This document shows, one piece after another, positions 37,952 through 49,757 of a DNA stretch of 64,000 nt. The stretch comes from Cladosporium halotolerans (taxonomy: Eukaryota). The notes under the pieces are model-generated. The model did not search any database and was not told the origin of the DNA. It saw only the letters and a list, made by a program, of their open reading frames with translations. The DNA lies in the NCBI RefSeq assembly GCF_011745625.1, contig NW_027191463.1, forward strand, positions 310,001 to 374,000. Reading direction: 5' to 3'. The stretch's first letter is position 1. The number at the start of each line of letters is the position of its first letter. Both the position numbers and the translations under genes were made by a program.

Positions 37952-40900
37952 ATGGTGGCCGGATTCGGTGACATCGTGAAGACTGGTTTCGATATCGTAG
38001 GTGACGCAGCTGGAGCAGTTTTCGGCAGCAGTGATGAACACGAGCCGTCGCAGGCACCCGTCGAAGCAGCACCGCCCCCCACTCAAGCCCCCGCTGCAGC
38101 AGCTCCGGTGGCTCCGCCGCCTCCGACGGTTGTTTACATCACCCCTCCTGCGGTCCAGGCCCCTCCACCTACGGTCATCGTCCCGCCTTCGACCGTCATC
38201 GCGGCTCCCGCCGTTACGGTCACCCCTTCAAGCAGTGATAAAGCGGAGGAGGACACTGAGAAGTCTGAGAAGTCTGGAGATGCTCCAGCGGAGTCTGAAC
38301 CGGAGAGCGACGAGTCGGCTTCGGAGGAAAGTGAAGGTTCCGCGGAGCCAGAGGATGCGCTTCCAGAGAGCGAGCTAGAAAGCGATGTATCGGAGGATCC
38401 TGAAGAATCCCTGGAGTCTGAGGTTGCTTCTGAGGACTTCGAGTCGGGCGGCGACGAGTCGGTTCTGGAGGATGCTGAGGAATCCGCGGAGTCGATGGAC
38501 GAGGCCCTGGAGAAAAGGATGGTGAGCGATTCTCTGGAAGACACTGAAGAGCTGATTAGCGATGAGTCGGTCGCAGAGGATACTGGAGGCCCCACAGAAA
38601 CTACGGATGTTCTTTTGGAGGACGAGCTGGCAAGCGATTCTCTGGGGGATACCGAAGATTCTGATGAATCGATTGACGCCACTACGGAGACCGAGCCATT
38701 AAGTGGTTCGGTGGAGGATACCGAAGATTCCAGCACGTCAACGGATGATCTTCCAAGCACTGAGTCGGCAAGCGACGCACCGGACTTGGATGCTTCCTCG
38801 CCCATGATTGCGGATGAGTATGCGGCATTGTCACCAAATGATCGCATGGAGGCTACATCCATGGAGAGCACCACGGGCTTAGACAGCCCTTCGATTGGTG
38901 AGAACCCTGACGAGAGCCCACTAGGTCACAAAGCTATCTCAGGTGAAGAATCAGCAATGGATGATACTGGGACAGATCAGACCTTCGACAAAGATATTTA
39001 CGATGATGACGAACCTCTGAGACGTCGCTTTGCTGCAATCATGCCGAGACTGGTGTCGTCCACGCTCATGGCTCTCAGCGGTGTTACAAGCTTTGCCACT
39101 CCAGAACATGCAGCCTTGATTGGCAGTACACCGGCGACGGCGACGACATCTTCACTCCTAAGCATACGGCCGACTTCCGTTGGTTTGGGAACTTACAATG
39201 GAAGTCCTTTGGTATTGAGCGCAAGATCCCAGCCTACAGCAGTCCCTGACGCAGTGCAAGCAATGGCCGCGCCGGTGACATATACGACATGTGTTCCTGG
39301 ACAAGCCTGCTATGGCATCAACGGGACTTTGACGACTTCGCTTTCTCTACCCATGACCACTACACCTCGTTCGCCCAACGAGACTAACGCGACCATCACC
39401 ATGAATGATGCCCTCCATCCCACATCCGCATTGTCTCCTAGGCAAGCCTCCGATCCCATGTCCAATCCAGCCACCGCCGGAGCCTCAACCATGCTCAATC
39501 CAAATGCAACTTCGAGACTACACCACAGGAGGTTTCAAGAACCTCCCGCGTCTATCCTAGAGACTCTGAGCCCTCCAGGTCTGCTAGCACCTCTGATCAC
39601 GCACAACGGGGTACCGACGACGCTGGCGACAAGTCCAATCCAGACCAACATGGGCGGCTCAGCAGCCCACTTTGGTCCGACTCCTGTGGTCCAGTCTGCG
39701 TCTGGACTGCCGCGAACGGAGCCTATGGGCGAGCCGCTCATGCAGACAGCAGTACCCCCAGGTATTCTAGCAGGAGCAAGCTCAAGTGCTCTCCCATCGA
39801 TGGGTCCTGTGGGCCAGCTAAGTGCCTTGCCCTCGGGTAATCCGGCAGGTACAAGCCAAAGTACTCTCCCATCGATGGGGCCTACAGGCAACCTAGATCC
39901 TTTACCCTCAGATAGTCTAGCGGGTTCTAGCCCAAGCATCCTCCCATCGACGGGTCTTGTGGGCCAACTGGATGCCTCAAAGGGCGGACCTGGTTCACAG
40001 TCGACACCTTCAGGATCTTCCGAGGGCAACAAGCAAAATGACTTTCCCGTCAAGATAGATGTGGTCCTTGGCCCGAACGACAAAGAGCTGGACTACATTA
40101 AGATTGGCGTGCCTCTGCGGGCTGGAAGCGACGAACCTTCAAATCCTCGCGGTAAAGCTTCACCACAAGCTCCTAAGGATGGGTCGAATGACCAAAGTCA
40201 AAACAACAACGCTCAAAGACCCAGCGATCAAGGCTCCTCTGGTCAAGTTGCCAGCGGTCAAAGTCCCAGCGGTCAAGCCTCCTCTGGTCAAATTCCCAGT
40301 GGTGAAGTCTCCAGCGGTCAAGCTTCCACTGGTCAAATCTCTAGTGGTCAGGTCTCTAGTGGTCAAGTCTCCAGCGGTCAAGTCTCCAGCGACGAAAGCT
40401 CCAACAGTCTAGTCCCCAGCGGTCCCAACAAGAACAGTGCACAAAGCGCCCAGAAGATCACCAGCCGCATCTCTCGCCGTACTCCCAATCCCCCACGCAG
40501 CGGCTCCTCCAACCCCCAAGGCAGCGAATCCCCAAACCGCCTGCGCAGCGCCATCGGCAGCTTCCGCAGCAGATTCCGGCCGCAACGGAACCAGGGACCC
40601 CCTTCGAACCCGCCCGCCGCCCGCCAGCCCGGCAATCCGCCACCCTACAACGCCAGCTCAGCGGAGAGGCTTCGCGCCCAGGGCACCCCTCCGGTGTACT
40701 CTGGTCCGCCCTCATATCACACTCAAGATCAGAATGCCGCTAGCCGTGCGGCCAGCTCGCACCAGTCGTCCTTACGAGGGCAGCCGGCTTCTGGCAGCGG
40801 GGCCCGCACGCCGGCGGGCCATGAGCATTTGGGGATGCATCGGGTTCAGGGCGATGCGAGCTCGACGATGGAGGATTTCGAGCCGGCTGGGATTCTGGAT

Positions 40901-41312
40901 CCGAATGGGCGTCAGGGTCAAGGGCATGGAGCTGCTGGTTCTGGGGGAGGAGCGGTGGGTTCGAGTTCTGGGGCCCAGGGAGGGGCGTCTGCTGGCCAAG
41001 GGCCACAGGGAAGTAGTCCTGGGCCTGGGCGAGGGCCGTCGAGCCAGCCTGGTGGGAATCATCGGTTGAGCAAGCGGGGTGTTGGTTTGGATCGATATCA
41101 CGACGATGGAGATGAAACCTTGTTCGCCGATGGTGATTCTGGCGACACAAGGCTCGTTAAAAGGGCCAGGACGTCTCGAGCGCCTTTCGTTCGCCTTGTA
41201 CGTCACGGCCGTCGCTAACTGAGCTCACATGAATCCGCAGGACGGTGATGATGGTTACAGCGACCAGGGAGCTAGTGGTGCCGATGGAGCTCACGAGTGG
41301 TTGAAGCGATAA
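37952..41312 (+). CDS. Large low-complexity hypothetical protein (P/A-, D/E/S-, S/G/Q-rich) with internal repeats; probable terminal intron 41198-41240
   Basis: 1088-codon ORF. GTACGT..GCTAAC..CAG adds the exon DGDDGYSDQGASGADGAHEWLKR*. The true N-terminus is uncertain. Confidence 0.7.
39767..39975 (+). repeat. About 3 copies of a 75-nt (25-aa) coding repeat, LAG.S.S.LPS.G..G.L
   Basis: Recurring CTCCCATCGA core at about 75-nt spacing. Confidence 0.75.
40235..40399 (+). repeat. About 11 copies of a 15-nt coding repeat, (S/P)SGQ(V/A/I)
   Basis: TCCAGCGGTCAAGTC-like units read directly. Confidence 0.9.
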
Positions 41313-41470
41313 GCAAGTTCCCTTTGGTTTCAGAAGCGGTGCTCTTTGGATTTACGAGCGGAGTCGTGCAAATATCTACCTCAAGTAATCCAATCATTAA
41401 CCACTACAATAAGTACACACCCAACCCGCCCCTCTCTCCCTTCCCGCAACCACCCGTACCAGACCAATAT

Positions 41471-41704
41471 TCACGCCCCACCCTCCCTCTTCGCATACTC
41501 CCCCTCAATCCTCTCCTCATACAGCTTCTCAGCTGCCTCCTCAGCACTCCCGTGCTTCACCTCCGACTGGCCAGGCTTAGCCTCTTGGTTCGAACGCTCG
41601 CCCGAGAGCACGTTGTCCTGGGCGTATAAGTCCTTGCCACCGGTTTCCGAGCTCGAGGGCGTCTCGGTGGTCGGGTTGGTGGACATGTGGGGAGCGGTGG
41701 ACAT
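41471..41704 (-). CDS. Small acidic protein (77 aa) ending in LYEERIEGEYAKREGGA
   Basis: ACCATG start context. The C-terminal EYAKREGGA motif is one I recognise from small uncharacterised Pezizomycotina proteins. Confidence 0.8.
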   Translation of the reverse strand: MSTAPHMSTNPTTETPSSSETGGKDLYAQDNVLSGERSNQEAKPGQSEVKHGSAEEAAEKLYEERIEGEYAKREGGA

Positions 41705-42298
41705 GGTGGGATCAGAGTACTTTTCAATGTAGTCTTTGGCCTTCGCTTGGTGAGATAGAGTATTGTGGCGCGGTTCGTTTTGGCAGAGTACTACTCTTCG
41801 GTCGCCTGAGAGCTCGACCTGCGGTACCTAGTCACGTGCCGCCCTCCCATCTCCCCACCCCACCTCAGCATCGCGGTCTTAGTCCCGCCGGAACGCAACA
41901 AGCATGCGGCTCACGCGCAGCAGACCTATTCTAAGCTCTGACGTGCGAAGCCTGTTCTGCCGCGGCGGACGTTGCATTGGATGCTCGAGAGCGGGCGCTA
42001 GCGGGTGTCCTCGATTTCGGCGCGAACACCGCCTGTGTACCGGTGAAGGTTTCAGCTGTCGTGGCCGGTGCTCCGTCGCCGAGCTGGCTCGGTTGGAGAC
42101 GGCTGGGCTGAGGGTGAGAGGTTTTTGGGGGGGATTATGTGAGGCGGGCTGGTGGGCGGGTTTTGCTGCGGGATCAGGAGGGCTTCGGTATTGATGATTC
42201 TTTAGCGATATTTGCAGGGCAGGGACGGTTATCGCAACCAATTCTAGAAGTTTATGACAAGGAATATATTTAATGCAATTGTATTACACCGTCATCAA

Positions 42299-42379
42299 GG
42301 CGTTGTAGCAAAGTGGTTAATGCGATTGACTAGAAATCAATTCCCTTCGGGGGCGTAGGTTCGAGTCCTGCCAACGTCG
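42299..42379 (+). tRNA. tRNA-Ser(AGA), intronless
   Basis: Acceptor GGCGTTG/CAACGTC, anticodon arm ATTGA-CTAGAAA-TCAAT, long variable arm CCCTTCGGGG, T-arm GTAGG-TTCGAGT-CCTGC, and downstream T-runs. Confidence 0.96.
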
Positions 42380-44886
42380 ACGTTTCTTTTGCACTTTTTG
42401 CATGCCTCTCATTCGTGAAGCTTCTCCGAACATAGAACAAGTATCCTCAGCCCACGATATAAACATGGGTGATGGGTGAATGCAAGAGTGCATAGTTGGA
42501 GCGGAAGCCACTCGCAGGGAGCTGCATCCACGCCTATCTCAACCTCACTCTACCAAAGAGATCTTCGACGCCCTGTCAAGCAACAAACACTTGCATGAAC
42601 ACCTCGCAAGGATCCCGGAAAATTCCTTGTCTTTTTGCGACCATCAGATCTCCCACGCATCCAAAGAAAGCACATGTCACGTCGGAGTTGACGATCGGCG
42701 CTGATCGACGGTCGGGGCAATTACCGGGCTGCCAGCTGCCCTCGCGCGCCTCGCGTCCCAAATCTTGACCGAAGCAGACCCGTTCGCGCGCGCACGGCAC
42801 ATGCCGCACAATCGTGATGTGAACACCGCGCGCTTGAGTGCTTTGGAGAGGCGATCGTCGAGTCCTCCTCCGACGACGACGAGGCACGCGAAGAGGTCAG
42901 GCCTTATCTTGGTGTTGAGCCGAAACCCTATCTGGTGATACGCTCTGAGCTCAGCTAGAAATGCTTGCATGGTTTGTGGCTCGGAGTCTACAGATCATCC
43001 AGCATGTGGTGAGAAAAGGGTATTCGCGGCTGTGGCGCCTTGCAACCAGACAAGCTCACGTAGGATCTGGCATGCCCGACCAACATGTTCACCGGCTGCC
43101 GCCCTAAGCCTACGGGATCAGATCAAGGATCTGCGAGCTGGGTCTGTGGCGAGCCGCAGAGCCGCATCATAACACACGGGTTGTAGGGAAGAGTATCGGA
43201 GTAGCGTCTTGTGGCTTGCATATCCGCGGCCGAGTCTAATCATCTACGGGATTTGAGATCTGAGACGTGGATCTCCTACTTCGAATGGACAACGCAGCAC
43301 CAAAGTAGGAGAAAGGCACGGCAGACGCGGCTCAAGACCCAGCAGTAGTGACAGCATCACGGTTGCATCGCGTGAGGCATTTGATGAGGTCTCCGCACAG
43401 TGGAAACGGCCACACGGCTTTCGAGCAAAACTAGAGACGAGACCCTTTCGGGACTTGATCACGAAGTCCAACGGCTCCCCTCCCCTCTCATACACGCCGT
43501 TGGGGTCTCAGGCGAATCTGCAAAGTCTAAGACCCAGCGCGTTGACACAAGCTCCGGTAGACAGCGTGAGATTGTCTTCCCTGCCGTGTATACAGATCGC
43601 GTGGGGACGTGGTCGCGAGTCCAGGGATGCATCTATCTCTAGTGACACGAGCACTATGCGTTTGTTGTATAAGCCACCTATCTATCACGCACTTACACCT
43701 CGCTACGAGCCCTGTGGCGGTCCCCCAGACAACAGGGATCGCCGACGCACCGCGATAATGAAAGCCCACCTCCTTAAAACCGGCTTGACGACACGGCGGA
43801 CGGACTGCAAAGCGGCTGACTCGACCCACTTCACAGCTGGCATGACGAGACCGGGGCGATTGAACGGTTGACCTTAGTCCGGGCGCTAAAGACACCATTA
43901 AATCGGATCACAAATTTAGATGTCGGAGATCCTGCGACTGGTCTGTCAGGCAAGTCGCCCGCTTTCCAACAGCGCGCGCCGCGCTCAAGCGCCCCTTGGC
44001 CTACATCGCCGTGGCTCTCGGAGGCGGCTGTTGTGGCTGAACGACAGGCATTGTTCGCTTGGCACGATAAGCAGGCCGTGGAGAGATGTTACCGGTCGTC
44101 TAGCAAGCGCGCGAACAGGTACAGTACATACTTTTTCGCACGGGACGCCGAACAGGATCGCTAGCACACCTCCTCCATCCCGCGAACCTGGAGGCGGCGG
44201 GCGTGATACGTATGCGGCTGACGCGACGGGCGCCCAACGGAGCATATTTCGACCTGCGCTCTGCCCTACGCCGAACGCGTAGTCAAGCATTGAAGGCGCT
44301 GCGGCTCCTTCGGTGGTGGCGGCGATCCGACGCATGCGAAATTTCAGGCACACCCGCTGCAAGGCTGGCCCGAAGCGATACCTAATCGCTGGTGCCGGCT
44401 GCCGGTTACGTCGCTTCAATAGGATATGATATTGTTCAGTATTAGTTGGCATCGATGTTATGACACGACACGCAACAGACTCCGAGTGCTCGCCACGTCC
44501 AAATGTCTTCAACCCCCTCCGCATCAAAGACACGAGGCGGCAGCAGTGGGCCGCCCAACGGCTTCCCTCATCAGTAGGGCATTTCTGCCCGTGGGCACCG
44601 CGCTTCTGCGTGTGCAGAGTCAGTGCTCCATGATCCACTCTATCTAGGTCAATTAGCGCCATGCCATGTGTCTCACGGATACCCCTGCCGCCTGCCCAAT
44701 GCCCACCCGTCCATGGGCCGTCCACCGGCTCATTCCTGGTCGCATCTCTGTTGCCCATCCGGTCATTGCTGGACGCGACTTATTCTTGGCCACGGCCACC
44801 GCCCTACACGTCCCTCGTTTGCATTTGTTACCTTCAGTCGCTCCTTCAGACTTGCCTGCACTCTTGACTCACTCGTTACGGTCAAG

Positions 44887-46762
44887 ATGCGTTTCGCTTC
44901 TGCTTCTCTGGCGCTCGCCAGCGCCACCATTGCTGCCGCCCAGCAGTACGCCGGCGATGTCATCCCCGGCACTCTCCCCCAGGTCGACAACGCAGAGGTC
45001 GCCTTCTGGAAGATCCGCGACCCGACTGATCAGAACGCCAACCTGACCCTGATCAACTACGCCTCCCTCAACACCCAGGGCCAGCGCCCCGACCAGTCCA
45101 AGATCCAGCGTGCTGTGCTTTCCATCCACGGTCTCCTCCGTGACCCGTGGAACTACGAGAATGACGTGCGTTCATGCCAGTGGACTTGACGGAAGAGCTT
45201 GCTTGCTGACGATCGTCTAGATGCTCAACGCCCTGAACGTGGCCACTGGCTACAACTCGAGGGTGAACCGTGACACCGTCTCCGTTATGGCTCCCTACTT
45301 CGCGAGTGGCTCTGACAAGACCTTCGCCTACCCTTGGGACGAGAGCGCGAAGGCCGGCCGCGGCTCCAACACCAGCGCGATTGTCTGGAGGGGCTCGCAG
45401 TGGTCTGCTGGTGGTAACAACCAGTACCCCCACAGCCACAAGGGTGACATCTCCGCCTTCTACATTATGGATGAGATCATCAGGCACTTCGACGACAAAT
45501 CCGTCTACCCCAACATGAAGACCATCGTGCTGGTCGGCCACTCCCTTGGTGGCCAGATGATGCAGCGCTACGCTGCCGTTGGTGACAAGCTCGACACCAG
45601 CGCCCGTCTCGTCTACTGGATCGGCAACCCCAGCAGCTACACTTGGCTCAACTCCTACCGCCCGATGTACATCCCCGACTGCCCTGACTACGATGTCTAC
45701 CGTGACGGCTACGCGGACTACGAGGACTACCCCATGACCTACGGCGCGGACCTTGTCGCCAAGGGAACTGATGCCATCCTTGAGAACTACGACTCTAGGC
45801 AGATTGCCTACGCCCGTGCTCTCCAGGACATGGGTGATCACAGCTCCACCTGCGGCGCCAACACCACCGGCGCCAACCGCAACGAGCGTTTCTTCAACTA
45901 CATTGACTGGTTCCGTCCGAACTGCCCCGACCCCGCTGGTGAGAACTGCGACACCGTCGACCTGATCGACACCTCCCACAACAACGGCTACATGTTCAAC
46001 TCTGCCGCCGGCCAGTCCCGTATCTTCCACGACAACTTCGACGGCAACAAGGACATCGCCTACGACTACGGCTACCCCCGCGCCCAGGACGGCGACGACC
46101 CTCACCCTGACCCCACCGCCTCCGCCAACGCCGGCCCCTACCTCAACTCCATCCCCCAGGAGTGGGTCTACGGCGGCAACATGACCTTCAAGGGCTGCTG
46201 GAGCGACGACCAGAGCGCCACCCTCGAGCACCAGCAGTTCTCCGACAACACCGTCAGCGTCGACGGCTGCACTGAGTCCTGCGCTGGCGACAACTGGGCC
46301 ATCGCCGGTATCAAGGAGGGCAACCAGTGCTGGTGCGGCAACGCGCTCGAGGGCTTCACCTCCCGCGTTGTCGACATGTCCTGCCACCTCCCCTGCGCGG
46401 GCAACACCGGCCAGACTTGCGGCGGCCCCGGCCGCCTGTCTCTCTACAGCGCCGAGGACGAGTCGAAGCTGACGAAGCGCGACTCCGCCGCGGCCCCCAT
46501 GCGCTTCGCCCGCCTCAACGAGCGCCTCGACGCCATGAACAAGAACAACTGGCGCCCGCGCACCGACAGCCTGACTAAGGACTCGCCCAAGCCCGATCAG
46601 GGCGTCTCGCAGGAGGACGCCGTCAACGACGTCATCCCCTCTGGCGAGCAGTCTGAGGAGGAGCAGAACATCGACCAGGGCACTTCCGGCGAGCAGCTGC
46701 TCGGCGAGAACAACGGCAACAGCACTGCGCCGCCGTCGTGGGCCAACGTCCCTGCTCAGTAA
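44887..46762 (+). CDS. Secreted alpha/beta-hydrolase-fold protein with C-terminal WSC domain; intron 45166-45220
   Basis: Signal peptide MRFASASLALASATIAAAQ, IHG and GHSLGG nucleophile motifs. WSC Cys pattern GCWSD..C..C..AGIKEGNQCWCG..C..PCAG...CGG. KR site before an acidic tail. Confidence 0.9.
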
Positions 46763-47700
46763 GCGTGATGTCGCGCTCGGCAGTGATCATCGACGAGGGT
46801 TTCGAATGCGCATTTCTCGTAATCTGCGACTGAGTGATGTCCCGGACGTCACGCAGGCCTTTTTCCTTGTCTCTTCTATAATTTTCTCTTCTTGACCTCC
46901 GAATACGATACACTTTTTTTGTCCTGACCTAGCCCGGTTTTTTCACGTTTCCCTTTTCCCCTAGGCTCGGGTGTACGAACACACTGCATGAGATTACTGT
47001 ATACAGCGTATAGACTACTAGACAGATACCCTTTAATACGGCGATTCTGACCGAATACGAATGAGTCTACATTTGCTCACGTTACTATCCCATTTGAAAC
47101 TTAGCAAAATGCACCAGCACACTGCACCGGCTAGGGCTCGATTTCACTTCTCTTTTTCCCTGCCATTGCATTTCTTTTGGTAATTGCGTAAGGTTTGGGG
47201 CTCTGAGCAGCCACCAGCCCTTGATTTACCCCAACCCTAACCCTAAGTCTCAACCTCTCGATGTTTATTGAGCGTTCAGGACGTGATTTGGGGGCAAGGA
47301 CGTAATCAGAGTACTTTCCCTTTTGTAATAACAATCGTGAGTTGCGAGTGCATTGTTTATTCGTTGTTTAAGTCGACATTGAGAAAAATGCAGGCCCAAC
47401 GTTGGAGTGGTGGAGGGTTGGTAGACACGTTGTTTGGAGAACACGATGATACCGGCAACATGGCATTTCAATCCTTTTATCGAATCAAGACTGGTCTAAG
47501 TTTTCACTTGGATCGGAATTTACTTGTTGATGTCAATTCACACGGCACATCAATAACAAGAAACGGCTTGATATCATCCAAGTACGTCGTCAATATCCAC
47601 CGTAGACCGTGAGGAACTCAACACCCCCATCCAACGCCATCGCTAAGACCCACAAGCAAAAAACTCCCGAAGCCCTCTCAAACCAACAGTCTCCCCAATC

Positions 47701-49288
47701 TCACCACCTCCCCGCCTTCATAGCAAACCCCTCCTCCCCCCCAAACTCCCCCCGATTCCACCGCCTTATATCCCCCCCGCACAGCTCCCAAAGCCTCCGA
47801 TCCCTCAGCCTCCTCCTCTCCGCTTCCGTCGGTGGACTCGCCGACTTCCTCACCCTGCTAGACCCGGCCGCTGCGGCTGTCAAACCCGCCGGCCGGCCGA
47901 ACAGGTTCCGCACCTCGGCGCCCTTCTTCGCGGGCGTCTGGAACAAGCCGCCTGTGCGCGCTTTGCGGGGCGAAGGGGAGGGTTCGGCCATTGTTGTGTC
48001 GTCTCCTAGGCCTGCGTTGGTGTAGGGAGAGTCGGAGGCGAGGGGTTGCGAGAGGGCGTTCGGGGGCGTGAAGGTGCGGGCGCCCGGGGCGAAGAGGGCT
48101 GCTGTGCGGCTGCCTTCGGGGTTGGTGATGAAGGGGTTTGGTGCCTGGGGGCGTTGGCGTTGCTTCGCAGGGGATTTGGAGGGCGATTTGCGTGGGCTGG
48201 GAGGGTATTCGGGTTCCATGTCGGAGGGGTCGGTGTCAGAAGGTGAGGGGTCGGAGAGGGTTAGCTCGCCGAGGGGGACGGGTGGGGCGCCGTGAGGGCG
48301 GCGGGGGGTGAGAGAGGGTTTGCTGGTGCTGGGCGGTTGGCGGGGTTTCGCTGGCGAGAGGGCTGCGTCGTTTTCTTGGTCGGCGGAGGTTGTGCTTTCG
48401 TTGTCGTCTTCGTCGGAGGAGGATGGGTCGATTTGGGGGGTGCCGATGGGAGGGTCCTCGCGGATGGAGATGCCGAATGGGTCGCCACTGCTGCTTCCTT
48501 GTGTGACGAAGGGTCGGCTGCTGGGTCCTGGTGGGTGCTGTTGTCTGCGCAGATTCACGGCGCCGGGAGAGCTCTCGGACCGCCTACTCGCAGCTGCACT
48601 GCGCAATCGCGCGACCCCTCTTCGTCGCCTTACAGGCGCCGGTGGCCTGCCAATAGAATCCTCCACCTGCGTCTCGTCAATTTGTCCCTCCTCTTGTGAC
48701 CGTCGCTCGACCTCGACCTCCTGACCCCTCGTCTGCGCCTCCCTAACCCCATCCGCCAGCGCCTTCGGTATGCCCGCATTGATACTCGTCATCAACCTCG
48801 CCCTCCTCTCAAACACCTCATAGCTTTCCTGAATCAACGCGCCCGCCTCCGCATTCAGCGCGCTGTCTGGGTTCGGCTGGATGAGCAAACACGAGACCGT
48901 GACCAGCACATCGCGCAGCGTCAGCTTCGCATCCCAGTCGCGCTTGAGCGTCTCGACGCACACGCCTCCCGTCTGCGGGTCTACGTTCGGGTGGAAGATG
49001 GGCGTGCGGAAGTTCGCGGTCGGCGGGCTCTGAGGGTATTCCGGCGGGATAGTGAGGTGGAGTTTCCAGACGCCTGCGGAGAAGGGGGTGTAGAGGGGTC
49101 CAGCGAGGAGGATATCGAGCTCGGTGAGGTCGTCGGAGTCGTTGGCGTTGGGAGGGAAGAGGTAGTTTGGTGGGAGAGGGGAATTGTGGAGGGCGCCGTG
49201 GTCGGCTGCTAGGCGGCGGAGGCTTTTGGAGTTCTATGGGCTGTCAGTCTTGTCGCTGGTCGGCTGGGCACATAGGCTGGTTTACCAT
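47701..49288 (-). CDS. Ubiquitin-conjugating enzyme E2 (UBE2S-like) with long disordered C-terminus; intron 49234-49285 directly after the ATG
   Basis: M|NSKSLRRLAADH..LAGPLYTPF..YPQSPP..FHPNVDPQTGGVCVETLKRDW (catalytic Cys) ..PNPDSALNAEAG. Confidence 0.9.
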
Positions 49289-49757
49289 ATTCGAATGCGT
49301 TGTATGTTATGCAATCTTCCGAACGCTGTTACCGTAGGATGTTGGAGACCAATTATAACCGCGCAGGAATCGCGCTACTCCAATGTGTTTCTGCCGTGTG
49401 CTGAATCAAGTCATCAAGTCATTTCAAAAATAGTGTACTATGAAAGGTCATCGCAGTCGGCATAGGTATCCTTGCCCACGCATGCGCTTGCTGTGTTGTT
49501 TGGCTTGCCCGCCGTGCCCGCTTCGGTCGCGTCGCAGTCGCGCTCCGCGTCGTGCGCTGTCACGTGCTCCATAAATGGGCTCTCACCCGACCTCACTGGA
49601 CAATTTGCTTCACCGTCCGGCGCAAAGCCTACCGCTCGTGAATCGTTCTGTATTTGATCTAGAGAATACACGCTATAATTTTACTTTTTGTCATCCCAAC
49701 GCTGATGCTTGCGCCTATCTACATGGCATAGACTACACATTGCACGCCAATCCTGAA

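Noticed and set aside
42400..44880. 2.4 kb gene-free region with many short ORFs; checked for transposon or snRNA signatures
   Set aside because: No transposase/RT motifs, terminal repeats or U-snRNA hallmarks were seen; treated as intergenic/promoter.
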